DNA of 64,000 nucleotides from an uncultured Bacteroidota bacterium (GTDB lineage Bacteria > Bacteroidota > Bacteroidia > Bacteroidales > B18-G4). The position numbers and the translations under genes were made by a program. The DNA is taken from assembly GCA_963793485.1 (NCBI GenBank), contig CAWCAB010000003.1, positions 198,419 through 262,418 on the forward strand, written 5' to 3'. The notes below the pieces were generated by a model, which was not told the origin of the DNA, searched no databases, and saw only the letters and a program-made list of their open reading frames with translations. Positions within the stretch are counted from its first letter, which is position 1, and every line of letters begins with the position of its first letter. Positions 18,940 through 28,361 of the stretch are shown here, in pieces.

Positions 18940-19797
18940 ATGAAAATGAAAGAAAAGAATTATTCTCCGATGAACGGCTACTTAGCCCTTGTCATTATCC
19001 TGGGCATGATTGGCTTTCCTGTTTACATGATGGTTTTTCTGGAAGCTTTCTGGTGGGCCATACTGGGTGGTCTGGGCGTCTTTGGTTTACCCGGACTTCT
19101 GGTTGTTAATCCGAATGAGTCGATGGTTATGGTACTGTTTGGTGCTTATAAAGGCACAGTAAAGAAGAATGGCTTTTTCTGGGTTAATCCATTTTTTACC
19201 CGCAAAAAGATTTCCCTGCGTGCCCGTAACCTCGACAGCACACCTATCAAGGTGAACGATAAGGTTGGTAATCCCATCATGATCGGGATCGTGCTGGTAT
19301 GGCGTGTTGAAGACACTTTTAATGCAGCCTTTGAGGTTGATGATTATGTCCACTTCGTGGATATTCAGACTGAGGCTGCAATCCGTAAGCTGGCTGGTCA
19401 CTACCCTTATGATAATTTCGATGATGAGATGGCAGAGATCACGCTTCGCTCGGGAGGGGAAGAGGTGAATCATGTGCTGGAACAAGAGATCCGTGAACGA
19501 TTGGGCATTGCCGGTATTCACGTGATAGAGGCAAGGATCAGTTACCTGGCCTACGCCTCAGAGATCGCCAGCGCTATGCTCCGCAGGCAGCAAGCTACTG
19601 CTATTGTGGCAGCCCGTATAAAGATCGTAGAGGGTGCGGTAAGCATGGTTGAGATGGCCCTTGAGCAGCTGAATGAGAAAAAAGTGATTGAAATGGATGA
19701 CGATAAGAAGGCCACGATGATCAGCAATCTCATGGTTGTCCTATGCTCAGATAAAGATGCTACGCCGGTTGTAAATACCGGTACGCTTCATCAATAA
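18940..19797 (+). CDS. SPFH / band 7 domain membrane protein
   Basis: N-terminal TM segments followed by an SPFH-like core (VMVLFGAYKGTVKKNGFFWVNPF...). Confidence 0.8.
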   Translation: MKMKEKNYSPMNGYLALVIILGMIGFPVYMMVFLEAFWWAILGGLGVFGLPGLLVVNPNESMVMVLFGAYKGTVKKNGFFWVNPFFTRKKISLRARNLDSTPIKVNDKVGNPIMIGIVLVWRVEDTFNAAFEVDDYVHFVDIQTEAAIRKLAGHYPYDNFDDEMAEITLRSGGEEVNHVLEQEIRERLGIAGIHVIEARISYLAYASEIASAMLRRQQATAIVAARIKIVEGAVSMVEMALEQLNEKKVIEMDDDKKATMISNLMVVLCSDKDATPVVNTGTLHQ

Positions 19798-19804
19798 ACA
19801 TTTC

Positions 19805-19847
19805 AAGGGTGGTATTAATAAAATTGACTTGTTATTAATCCACCCTT
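19805..19847 (+). other. 16-bp hairpin with a 1-nt bulge between the SPFH gene and the small RHH ORF
   Basis: aagggtggtattaataa (loop aattgacttg) ttattaatccaccctt. Confidence 0.7.
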
Positions 19848-19869
19848 CTATGGATACACATAACAATAG

Positions 19870-20019
19870 ATGGCACAAAAGAAACCATTTGTTTTAAGGC
19901 TGAACCCCGATACCCTGGAAAAGCTTGAAAAGTGGGCTGCGGATGATTTTCGCAGTATCAACGGGCAACTTGAGTGGATAATTGATAATGCACTAAAAAA
20001 GGCAGGAAGGAAGAAATAG
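19870..20019 (+). CDS. Small ribbon-helix-helix (Arc/MetJ-like) protein, 49 aa, below the ORF-track cutoff
   Basis: Hand translation gives MAQKKPFVLRLNPDTLEKLEKWAADDFRSINGQLEWIIDNALKKAGRKK. This is a beta-strand (FVLRL) plus two helices, typical of the RHH layout. Confidence 0.6.
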   Translation: MAQKKPFVLRLNPDTLEKLEKWAADDFRSINGQLEWIIDNALKKAGRKK

Positions 20020-20021
20020 AT

Positions 20022-20093
20022 GTAGCGATTGAATGATATTCGATTTCTGTAGTCCTTTGTTCAATTGCTACATCGTTCAACCATTCAATCGCT
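20022..20093. repeat. Inverted repeats filling the convergent spacer (gtagcgattgaatg / cattcaatcgct, plus a second near-copy gttcaattgctac)
   Basis: 12-nt exact inverted match 20024-20035 vs 20082-20093. The right arm contains the radical-SAM gene stop codon. Confidence 0.75.
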
Positions 20094-21032
20094 CAACTTG
20101 AAATTCTTACCCTGGTAAGAATTTCTGCTTTCCAGTTCAGCTTCTACCATTTCCACAATCTTTTCATTCCTCACCAAACCCCATCCGGGCCCGGCCTGGA
20201 AGCGAGGGGGAACTTCGCCGGCAAAGCGTTCAATAATGAAATTCGGGTTTAAATGTTCTATGAAGTCAACGATAAAGGAAATGTACTCTTCGAGTTCAAA
20301 AAATTGATATTCTTCCGGATTTTCCTTGTATTCCTTTTCCATCCGTGTGCCTTTGATGATCTGAAGCTGGTGGAATTTAATATTTGTCAAAGGTAGCTCT
20401 GAAAGTATGCCTGCTTCTGCCATCATTTCTTCCCGGCTTTCTCCTGGTAAACCGAATATAAGATGTGCCCCGCACTTCAGCCCCGCTGTGGCAGTTTTTT
20501 CTATGGCTTGTCTACTTTCTTCGTAGGTATGTCCACGATTGATCTTTTCAAGGGTTTTGTCATAGCATGACTCAATACCATATTCAATAATCACGTAGTG
20601 GGTTTTTGCCAGACGACTGAAATACTCAAGTTTTTCATCATCGATGCAATCTGGGCGTGTCCCGATAACCAGTCCTGCAATTTCAGGAAATAGAAGTGCC
20701 TGATCATAAATCTGCTTCAGCTCATCCAGGGATTTATATGTGTTGGAGTAGGGCTGGAAATAGGCCAGGTATTTACCCGGTTTCTTGTACCGCCAGGCGT
20801 GAAACGCCATGCCTTCACGGATCTGTTGCTCCACCGATTTGGATGGATCACAATAGGAAGGGTTGAATGCATCATTGTTACAGTAAGTACATCCGCCACG
20901 TCCTTTGCTGCCATCCCTGTTCGGGCAGGTGAAGCCTGCATCAATACTCAGCTTCTGCACCCTTTCCCCGAATACTTTTTTAAAGTAATTGGAGTAGGCA
21001 TTGAATCTCCTTGTATGTCCCCAGCTATACAT
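20085..21032 (-). CDS. Radical SAM protein, TIGR01212 (YhcC-like) family
   Basis: N-terminal FGERVQKLSIDAGFTCPNRDGSKGRGGCTYCNN matches the family signature. Confidence 0.85.
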   Translation of the reverse strand: MYSWGHTRRFNAYSNYFKKVFGERVQKLSIDAGFTCPNRDGSKGRGGCTYCNNDAFNPSYCDPSKSVEQQIREGMAFHAWRYKKPGKYLAYFQPYSNTYKSLDELKQIYDQALLFPEIAGLVIGTRPDCIDDEKLEYFSRLAKTHYVIIEYGIESCYDKTLEKINRGHTYEESRQAIEKTATAGLKCGAHLIFGLPGESREEMMAEAGILSELPLTNIKFHQLQIIKGTRMEKEYKENPEEYQFFELEEYISFIVDFIEHLNPNFIIERFAGEVPPRFQAGPGWGLVRNEKIVEMVEAELESRNSYQGKNFKLSD

Positions 21033-21097
21033 ATAAAATAGAAGAAGTAAAAGTATTAAGTATTTTCGTTTTTCGCTCCTCGATCTTCAGAAGCTTG

Positions 21098-21131
21098 AAA
21101 AAAAAAGCAGGACCTATGGCCCTGCTTTTTT
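21098..21131 (-). terminator. Intrinsic terminator after the POT transporter gene
   Basis: A9 - gcaggacc tat ggccctgc - T6. On the minus strand the hairpin is followed by T9. Confidence 0.75.
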
Positions 21132-21148
21132 ATGCTTGATGGTGTTTT

Positions 21149-22846
21149 CTATTCCGAACTTCCGGTTACCCTTTCGAGTCGTTTCATAATAGAGAATATG
21201 AATATCACTGAAAGGATACAGCAGACCACGAAGATCAGCCATACCTGCCAGAGTTCAATTCGTACCCACATCATACTACCTACAAACAGCAGTTTGTTAC
21301 CAATGGCGGTGGCAAAGAGCCAACCACCTTGCATGAGACCCTGGAACCTTGGCGGGGAAACCTTCGATACGAAGGATATCCCGATCGGGCTGAGGAAGAG
21401 CTCTGCAATGGTTAGGATCAGGTAAGTATTGATCAGCCAGTATGGAGAAACCCTGTATGGTGATGGGTCTCCCTGGAGATCAGCAGGTGAGTATCCTACT
21501 AGTGAGAGAGAAGCAAAGATCATGATAACGAAACCGAGTGTAGCGATGATCATACCAATTCCAATTTTTCTCGGGGTTGAAGGCTCTTTACCGCGTTTCT
21601 GCAACCAGGCAAAGAACGCGATGATGAGCGGTGTAAGGAATACGATGAAGACCGGGTTGAAGTGCTGGAAGATCTCAGGTTCGATACGATTCAACGGCTC
21701 AAATGAGTTGTAGAAATAATAGCTCAGGTAGCCACCCGCGATAACAAGACCCGCACCGATAATACGGTATAGCGACTGGATTTTCTTCCTTAATAAGAGG
21801 ATCAGACCTATGATAACTCCTAGTACAGAAAGGAATGATCGCAGGTCAAAGAAAATATTTGTAAACTGGTTGACTTCATTGGCGGTGTAGTCCCTGGCAA
21901 AGAATGAAAGCGTAAGCCCATTCTGGTGGAACGACATCCAGAAGAAGATCACCACGATAAATACAAGTCCGAGAGAGATAAGCCTTGGTTTTTCCTCCGA
22001 CCATGGCATCTTAACTGCCTGAGTTTTGTTGTCTTTTGCAGCCTGTGCGATCTTCCGCATATCTGGAAGCATTTTTTGGAAGAGGCTATAAACAAGCAAA
22101 CTGATCAGCATGGCAACTGCAGCAACACCAAAGGCATAGTTGTATCCAGTTGAAAAGACCTCCATGTAGGTGGCTGAGAATGAATCTAATCCACTAGAAA
22201 ACAATTCGGTTGTATTGTATCCCGGCACAATTGCTCCCTCTGCTACTTGTTGGAATTTGGTCATTTCGTCTCCGGAGAGGGTAATATCATTGTTGAATTT
22301 AGTCGCGTACTTCGCTACATCAGCATCATACAAAAGGCCCTGGCCTTTCATATACCAGTTACGGATTCCATTGGCTGCACTTGGTGCGAAGAATGCTCCC
22401 ACATTGATCCCCATATAGAAGATCATAAATGCTGAATCCCTGTATTTTTGGTACTTAGGATCGTCATACATCTGTCCAACGACTGCTTGCAGGTTTCCTT
22501 TGAACAAACCATTACCAAAAGCAATGATCATCAATGCTGAAAGTGTGATGCTCAGGCTGAGGCCTGGTGTAGCCATCAGAACGTAACCTGCAAACATGGT
22601 CACGATTCCAGCAAAAATGGTCGTTTTGTATTTCTGTGTCTTGTCAGCGATGAATCCACCAAGAACAGCAAGAGCATAAATGAAGAAATAGAACCAGCTG
22701 TAAAATTCACCGGCGGTATCTTCAGCTAAACCATAGCGAGCCTGTAGGAAAAATACCAGGCAAGCCATCATTGTGTAAAAACCGAAGCGCTCGCCCATGT
22801 TGGCAAAAAATGCCACATACAGCGCTCTGGGTTGTCCTTTTAACAT
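21149..22846 (-). CDS. Proton-dependent oligopeptide transporter (POT/PTR2 family MFS)
   Basis: N-terminal FFANMGERFGFYTMMACLVFFL (ExxERFxYY-type motif), 565 aa, many TM segments. Confidence 0.88.
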   Translation of the reverse strand: MLKGQPRALYVAFFANMGERFGFYTMMACLVFFLQARYGLAEDTAGEFYSWFYFFIYALAVLGGFIADKTQKYKTTIFAGIVTMFAGYVLMATPGLSLSITLSALMIIAFGNGLFKGNLQAVVGQMYDDPKYQKYRDSAFMIFYMGINVGAFFAPSAANGIRNWYMKGQGLLYDADVAKYATKFNNDITLSGDEMTKFQQVAEGAIVPGYNTTELFSSGLDSFSATYMEVFSTGYNYAFGVAAVAMLISLLVYSLFQKMLPDMRKIAQAAKDNKTQAVKMPWSEEKPRLISLGLVFIVVIFFWMSFHQNGLTLSFFARDYTANEVNQFTNIFFDLRSFLSVLGVIIGLILLLRKKIQSLYRIIGAGLVIAGGYLSYYFYNSFEPLNRIEPEIFQHFNPVFIVFLTPLIIAFFAWLQKRGKEPSTPRKIGIGMIIATLGFVIMIFASLSLVGYSPADLQGDPSPYRVSPYWLINTYLILTIAELFLSPIGISFVSKVSPPRFQGLMQGGWLFATAIGNKLLFVGSMMWVRIELWQVWLIFVVCCILSVIFIFSIMKRLERVTGSSE

Positions 22847-22951
22847 AGTATTAGTTTTTGGTTAATAATTATTTATATGTAGTTTCTTGTATTTATTTGC
22901 CCTGATAGCCTACAAAAATAAATAAAAATATGAGGTGTGCAAGGAATATTT

Positions 22952-23014
22952 CAGGTGCGGGGTATGGGGTGCGCGGGTCGCGGTTATTTTTGAATTTCGC
23001 GTCCCTCGTACCTG
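22952..23014. repeat. G-rich heptamer block with C-rich inverted partner
   Basis: caggtgc ggggtat ggggtgc gcgggtc gcggtta ... cgcgtccctcgtacctg. The reverse complement of the latter (caggtacgaggg) resembles the first unit. Confidence 0.65.
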
Positions 23015-23106
23015 ATAATAAAAGAGTTAATACCTTAGCGGAGGATAAAAAGATTTTTTTTGCGAGTGTTGTAATAATTTCACCAACCAATCGTCTTACT
23101 ATCGAC

Positions 23107-23622
23107 ATGACCAGCGAAGAATTCAAATCTGAAGTGCTGCCGATAAAGAACAAACTTTATCGATTTTCTCTGAGATTGCTTGGAGATGCAGATGAAGCAA
23201 AGGATATAGTGCAGGAGATTTTTCTTCGTCTATGGTCGAAGCGCGACAAACTGAGTGAGTACAGGAACATAGAAGCCTTTGCGATGACAATGACAAGGAA
23301 CCTTTGCCTGGATCAACTCAAATCACCTGCCGCCAGGAAAGAAAAAATAGATGATTCAAGAGATATGCCCGATCACAGTACACCATACACCAGGACAGAA
23401 ACCACGGACACTATCCGGCTGGTGAAGATGGCCATGGATGCCCTTCCTGAACAACAAAGGATGGTTATCCACCTGCGTGATATCGAAGAATGTGATTTTG
23501 ATGAGATTTCTGAAGTTACCGGGCTAAGTATGAACAATGTTCGTGTGACCCTGTCGCGGGCTAGAAAGAAAATCAGGGACACGCTGATCAAAATAAATAA
23601 TTATGAGTTCTCACAGAATTGA
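23107..23622 (+). CDS. ECF-type RNA polymerase sigma-70 factor
   Basis: From ATG 23107: region 2 DIVQEIFLRLW and region 4 LPEQQRMVIHLRDIEECDFDEISEVTGLSMNNVRVTLSRARKKI. Confidence 0.9.
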   Translation: MTSEEFKSEVLPIKNKLYRFSLRLLGDADEAKDIVQEIFLRLWSKRDKLSEYRNIEAFAMTMTRNLCLDQLKSPAARKEKIDDSRDMPDHSTPYTRTETTDTIRLVKMAMDALPEQQRMVIHLRDIEECDFDEISEVTGLSMNNVRVTLSRARKKIRDTLIKINNYEFSQN

Positions 23623-24166
23623 AAAACTACTGGAAAAGTACTTCGAGAGTGAAACCTCCCTTTCCGAAGAGCGGACACTAAGGGAGTTTTTCCGTGCGAA
23701 GGATATTCCCGTCCATCTGCAGGATCTCAAGGAGCAGTTTGAGCTTTACGAAAAAGAAGGGCAGATAGAATTACCCGATGACTTTGATGATGTCATCTTC
23801 AGGAAGATTGAACAAAAGGAACGAGGCCGGAAACAGTCCAGGCGCACTACCATATATTATATCAGTGGTGTTGCAGCTACAATATTGATCCTGGTCACTG
23901 TCTTTGTCCGTTTCGATTCTTTCCTTGGAACCCCGCCAAGCAATGACAGTGAGGCACAAATAGCCTTCAATGAAGCAAGCAGAATACTCTATTTTGTTTC
24001 AGACAAGTTCAATAAAGGAACTGATAACCTTGGAAAAGTTGCCCGCTTCGATGAGGGCATAAAAGATCTTAGCAGCGTAAAGAAATTTGATGAAGGGGTC
24101 AGCAAAGCTTCCCCGATATCGAGATTTAACCAGATAACTAAATTAATTACAAACCCCGCACCATGA
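23603..24166 (+). CDS. Putative anti-sigma factor (single-pass membrane protein)
   Basis: Overlaps the sigma gene end. One TM segment (TTIYYISGVAATILILVTVFV). The call rests on position only. Confidence 0.5.
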   Translation: MSSHRIEKLLEKYFESETSLSEERTLREFFRAKDIPVHLQDLKEQFELYEKEGQIELPDDFDDVIFRKIEQKERGRKQSRRTTIYYISGVAATILILVTVFVRFDSFLGTPPSNDSEAQIAFNEASRILYFVSDKFNKGTDNLGKVARFDEGIKDLSSVKKFDEGVSKASPISRFNQITKLITNPAP

Positions 24167-24188
24167 TAGGTGCATAATAGCTTAAAAA

Positions 24189-24731
24189 ATGAAAAAGTTA
24201 ATAATCGCATTATTCGCACTTGTACTTCTTGTCCCTTTAACACAGGCCCAGGAAAGTGTTACCCAGGAGTTGTATGAAAAATACAGCGGTACGGATGGCA
24301 TCACAACCGTCCACATTACCAAAGAACTCTTCGGAATGATCGCCCAGATGAACTTCGAAGGCGAAGAAGCAGAAGAGATGAATGAGATGAAAGATGCCAT
24401 GGCAGGCCTTGAGTTTATCAAGATCGTAATGTTTGAGAATGGATCTGATGACAACAAGGATTTTGCTGCCTTCAAAAAAGATTTGAAAGCCTTTAACCTT
24501 GACGGTTATTCAGAGCTCATGGTGGTAGATGATAAGGATGAAAAAATTCGCTTTGTAGCACTAAAAGATGGCGATATGATTAAGGAATTCCTTATCCTGA
24601 TCTCTTCACCAACACAGGTTGGATTTATCAGCATCTTCGGTGATATGGACATGGAAACCATTTCGAAAGTTTCACAGGGAATGGGCATCGAACAGATGGG
24701 TAAATTCGGTGGCGATAAAGATGATGACTAG
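24189..24731 (+). CDS. DUF4252-like secreted protein
   Basis: Signal peptide MKKLIIALFALVLLVPLTQAQ. Its position after the ECF sigma/anti-sigma pair and its sequence pattern are typical of DUF4252. Confidence 0.6.
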   Translation: MKKLIIALFALVLLVPLTQAQESVTQELYEKYSGTDGITTVHITKELFGMIAQMNFEGEEAEEMNEMKDAMAGLEFIKIVMFENGSDDNKDFAAFKKDLKAFNLDGYSELMVVDDKDEKIRFVALKDGDMIKEFLILISSPTQVGFISIFGDMDMETISKVSQGMGIEQMGKFGGDKDDD

Positions 24732-25281
24732 GAAGAATAATCTTTTAAAGCTATTTGCTATGAGAGCATTCACATTCATCCTGCTGTCAGTATTGATCTT
24801 GACTGCGCAGGCCCAGAAATCAACTGTAGAAAAGTTCGTTAAGAAACAGGCAAAGGCTGATGGTATCAGCATGCAGGAGATCGATCTGAAATCTGAAGAT
24901 TTTGCGGCCCAGTTTCAGGCAGAGGGCGAGGAGATCGAGAAAGCACTTGAACAACTGGATGTGATCAAGATCCTGTCGAGCGATTCAACTTCCACTGCCA
25001 GTGATCGTGAGAGCTTCATTTCTAAAGCCAAAATGGCACTTGGAGACGAAGCCTATGTAGAACTGGCCAGGGTGAGTTCTGATGATGGTGAAGACGTAGG
25101 ACTGTATGCCAATCAACTCGATAATGGAATAATCAGGGAGATGATTGTGCTGGTAGGCGAAAGCGAGTCTGTTGTCATGATCTATGTGAAGGGCAATATG
25201 GACTTCACCAGCCTGCTTTCATCGAAGATGTTTGCATCGATGATCGGGAGTAAAAAGGGCAAGGACTGCGAGCATGATTAA
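24721..25281 (+). CDS. Second DUF4252-like secreted protein
   Basis: Paralogous layout. The start is uncertain: ATG 24721/24724 overlaps the previous stop, or ATG 24760 gives MRAFTFILLSVLILTAQAQ. Confidence 0.55.
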   Translation: MMTRKNNLLKLFAMRAFTFILLSVLILTAQAQKSTVEKFVKKQAKADGISMQEIDLKSEDFAAQFQAEGEEIEKALEQLDVIKILSSDSTSTASDRESFISKAKMALGDEAYVELARVSSDDGEDVGLYANQLDNGIIREMIVLVGESESVVMIYVKGNMDFTSLLSSKMFASMIGSKKGKDCEHD

Positions 25282-25321
25282 CCAGCGGATTTAATCCGCT
25301 TCAATATATAATATCAATAAA

Positions 25322-25356
25322 GGTCTGGAACACTGGTTCCGGACCTTTTGTTTTTT
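25322..25356 (+). terminator. Intrinsic terminator of the ECF operon
   Basis: ggtctggaac actg gttccggacc followed by ttttgtttttt. Confidence 0.8.
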
Positions 25357-25429
25357 GCCAGCTCAAATATTCCACTCAGTTTTCCAAATTAATTTTTACT
25401 AATTTTGCCAGCTTATAAAACGTAACAAC

Positions 25430-28066
25430 ATGACGGAAATTCCCAGTAAATATGATCCTGCACGGGTGGAAGAAAAATGGTATTCATGCTGGATGGATAA
25501 AGGATATTTCAAATCTGAACCCGACGAGCGGGAGCCTTACACCATAGTTATTCCCCCACCGAACGTAACAGGTGTCCTGCACATGGGACACATGCTGAAC
25601 AATACACTTCAGGATGTACTCGTGCGCCGTGCACGCATGCAGGGATTCAATGCCGAATGGCTTCCCGGGACCGATCATGCATCTATTGCAACAGAAGCCA
25701 AGGTTGTTGCCTTGCTGAAAGAGAAGGGAATAGATAAATCAAAGCTCAATCGGGAAGAATTTCTTGATCATGCCTGGGAGTGGAAAGAAAAACATGGTGG
25801 GATTATCCTGGAGCAACTTAAGCGATTGGGTGCCTCCTGTGATTGGGACAGAACACGTTTTACTATGGATGAGGCTCTGTACGAGTCTGTGATCAAGACT
25901 TTTGTAGATCTTTATAAGAAGGGACTGATATACCGTGGAGTACGAATGGTAAACTGGGACCCAAAAGCCCTGACGGCTCTTTCCGATGAGGAAGTGATCC
26001 ATAAAGAATTGCAGTCAAAGCTATACTATTTACGCTACAAGATCGAGGGAACTGAAGACGAATGGGTTACTATTGCAACAACTCGTCCGGAAACGATACT
26101 TGGAGATACAGCTGTTTGTGTTAATCCGGCAGACGAGCGCTACACCCAGCTGAAAGGTAAAAATGTGATCATTCCACTGGTGAACAGGGTAGTGCCTGTG
26201 ATCTTTGATGACTATGTCGACACGGAATTCGGGACAGGATGCCTGAAGATCACACCGGCGCATGATATCAATGACTATGAGATCGGCATACGCCATAAAC
26301 TGAAAACCATCGATATCTTCATGGACGATGGTACTATGAGTGAAGCAGCAGAGCTGTACATTGGAAAAGATCGTTTTGATGTCAGGGAGGAGATCATGGT
26401 AGATCTGGAGGCCAATGGACACCTGGTGAAGGTTGAGGATTATGTGAATAAAGTTGGCTTTTCAGAGAGGACTGATGAGGTGATAGAGCCTAAACTGTCG
26501 CTGCAATGGTTCCTTAAAATGGAAAATATGGCTAAGCCTGCGCTGGATGTAGTGATGGATGATACCATACAGTTCCACCCGAAGAAATTTAAGAATACAT
26601 ATCGCCACTGGATGGAAAATGTCAGGGATTGGTGTATCTCAAGGCAACTCTGGTGGGGACAGCGGATACCGGCATATTATTATGATGGTGACGTATTTGT
26701 GGCTGAAACTGCTGAGGAGGCTCTTGCCCAGGTAAAAGAAGCAACTAAGAATGAAAATCTTACTGTTACTGACCTTCAGCAGGATGAAGATGTGCTGGAT
26801 ACCTGGTTCTCATCATGGCTATGGCCTATCTCTGTTTTTGATGGTATTCGCCAGCCTGATAATGATGATATAAAATATTACTACCCAACCAACGACCTCG
26901 TAACCGCACCTGAGATCCTCTTTTTCTGGGTGGCCAGGATGATTATGGCCGGGATTGAATACAGGAATGAAATTCCTTTTAAGAATGTGTATCTGACGGG
27001 TATTGTAAGGGATAAACAGGGAAGAAAAATGTCGAAGTCTCTTGGAAATTCACCCGATCCAATAGAACTTATCGAGAAATATGGTGCTGATGGTGTCAGG
27101 GTGGGCATGCTACTGACCTCGCCTGCAGGGAATGACCTTCCCTTCGATGAGGCATTATGCGAGCAAGGGAGGAATTTCAGTAACAAGATTTGGAATGCCC
27201 TCAGATTGGTTAAAGGATGGAAAGTGGATAAGGATCTGCCACAACCGGAGGCATCAAAAGTATCTATAGAATGGTTTGAGCACAGATTTAATCAGGCACT
27301 TAGTACAATCGAAGACCACTTCGCTAAATATCGTATTTCAGATGCGCTGATGGCAGTTTATAAACTGGTCTGGGATGATTTTTGCTCATGGTACCTGGAG
27401 ATGATCAAACCGGGATACCAGCTGGATATTGATGCGGCAACACTAAAAGCCACTATCACCTTTTTCGAGAAGCTGATGAAGGTGCTGCACCCTTTCATGC
27501 CGTTTATCTCAGAAGAAATCTGGCACCTCCTTGCTGACAGAAAAGAAAATGATTGCCTGATAGTTGCAGAAATGCCTACTTCAGTAAAACCTGATGAGGC
27601 TATTCTCAAGGAGTTTGAATTTGTTCGTGAGGTGATCATGGGTATCCGCAAGATTAGAATGGAAAAGAATATTCCCAACCGGGATGAGATTAGTTTGTTG
27701 ATCAAAAAAAATGAAGGGGAGGAACCGAAAACCTTCTTCGATCCTGTGGTGGCGAAACTATGTAAGCTCTCCAGTCTCGGATATACAGAGGAGAAAGAAG
27801 AAGGTGCCGTTTCTTTTATCATCCAATCCACTGAATTTTATGTTCCCCTTGAAGGCAATGTAGATATTGCTGCTGAAATCGAGAAACTTGAAACAGAACT
27901 GAAGTATGCCAAAGGCTTTTTGACCAGTGTTGAGAAGAAACTCAGCAACGATCGTTTCGTGAACCACGCACCTGAGCAGGTAGTTGAAAAAGAGAAACAG
28001 AAAAAAGCTGATACCGAGGCCAAAATCAGGGTGATTGAAGAACAAATTAATTCACTTCGCAAATAG
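25430..28066 (+). CDS. valS: Valine--tRNA ligase
   Basis: Class I motifs [16 protein letters not shown] (HIGH) and KMSKSLGN (KMSKS), 878 aa, C-terminal coiled coil. Confidence 0.97.
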   Translation: MTEIPSKYDPARVEEKWYSCWMDKGYFKSEPDEREPYTIVIPPPNVTGVLHMGHMLNNTLQDVLVRRARMQGFNAEWLPGTDHASIATEAKVVALLKEKGIDKSKLNREEFLDHAWEWKEKHGGIILEQLKRLGASCDWDRTRFTMDEALYESVIKTFVDLYKKGLIYRGVRMVNWDPKALTALSDEEVIHKELQSKLYYLRYKIEGTEDEWVTIATTRPETILGDTAVCVNPADERYTQLKGKNVIIPLVNRVVPVIFDDYVDTEFGTGCLKITPAHDINDYEIGIRHKLKTIDIFMDDGTMSEAAELYIGKDRFDVREEIMVDLEANGHLVKVEDYVNKVGFSERTDEVIEPKLSLQWFLKMENMAKPALDVVMDDTIQFHPKKFKNTYRHWMENVRDWCISRQLWWGQRIPAYYYDGDVFVAETAEEALAQVKEATKNENLTVTDLQQDEDVLDTWFSSWLWPISVFDGIRQPDNDDIKYYYPTNDLVTAPEILFFWVARMIMAGIEYRNEIPFKNVYLTGIVRDKQGRKMSKSLGNSPDPIELIEKYGADGVRVGMLLTSPAGNDLPFDEALCEQGRNFSNKIWNALRLVKGWKVDKDLPQPEASKVSIEWFEHRFNQALSTIEDHFAKYRISDALMAVYKLVWDDFCSWYLEMIKPGYQLDIDAATLKATITFFEKLMKVLHPFMPFISEEIWHLLADRKENDCLIVAEMPTSVKPDEAILKEFEFVREVIMGIRKIRMEKNIPNRDEISLLIKKNEGEEPKTFFDPVVAKLCKLSSLGYTEEKEEGAVSFIIQSTEFYVPLEGNVDIAAEIEKLETELKYAKGFLTSVEKKLSNDRFVNHAPEQVVEKEKQKKADTEAKIRVIEEQINSLRK

Positions 28067-28083
28067 CTTTCCAGGTATTATTA

Positions 28084-28145
28084 CGCGAATATTTGATTAT
28101 TTAACACGAATTTATTAAAAAAACTTGCGAATATATTATTGTTGT
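28084..28145 (+). promoter_or_regulatory. Three direct repeats CGAAT(A/T)T(T/A)T spaced exactly 21 bp
   Basis: The cgaat cores begin at 28086, 28107 and 28128. The third overlaps the -33 region of the promoter candidate. Confidence 0.4.
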
Positions 28146-28155
28146 AGTATATTTG
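28124..28155 (+). promoter_or_regulatory. Bacteroidota-type promoter candidate (CTTG-N20-TATATTTG)
   Basis: cttg at 28124-28127 and tatatttg at 28148-28155. No protein ORF lies downstream before the terminator. Confidence 0.4.
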
Positions 28156-28159
28156 TGAG

Positions 28160-28240
28160 TCTAAGAAGCCCGGATACTGAAAGCATTGCCAAATCTTATA
28201 CTCAGAAGCTGCCAGCAACTAACTAAGTCCGGGCTTTTTT
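28160..28240 (+). ncRNA. Candidate small RNA of about 80 nt (unclassified)
   Basis: Bounded by the promoter candidate and by a terminal stem aagcccgga (28166-28174) / tccgggctt (28228-28236) followed by T6. No ATG-initiated ORF on either strand. Confidence 0.35.
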
Positions 28241-28273
28241 CATATCCTTAATCAAATCTTATAATCATGAAAT

Positions 28274-28309
28274 AAAAAGGCTGCCTCTTTTGGGGCAGCT
28301 TTTTTGTTT
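28274..28309. terminator. Bidirectional intrinsic terminator between valS/sRNA and the DUF4159 gene
   Basis: aaaaa ggctgcc tcttttgg ggcagct tttttgttt. Confidence 0.75.
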
Positions 28310-28344
28310 GGTGTGAGGCTTGAGGTAGGTAATAGGTTTTGGCT
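28310..28344. repeat. G-rich heptamer block (5 units)
   Basis: ggtgtga ggcttga ggtaggt aataggt tttggct. Confidence 0.7.
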
Positions 28345-28361
28345 ATGCTGCGCGCATACTT

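Noticed and set aside
22930-23106. 59-codon N-terminal extension of the ECF sigma factor
   Set aside because: It translates a heptamer block and promoter-like AT-rich DNA. Sigma-70 region 2 homology starts just after ATG 23107.
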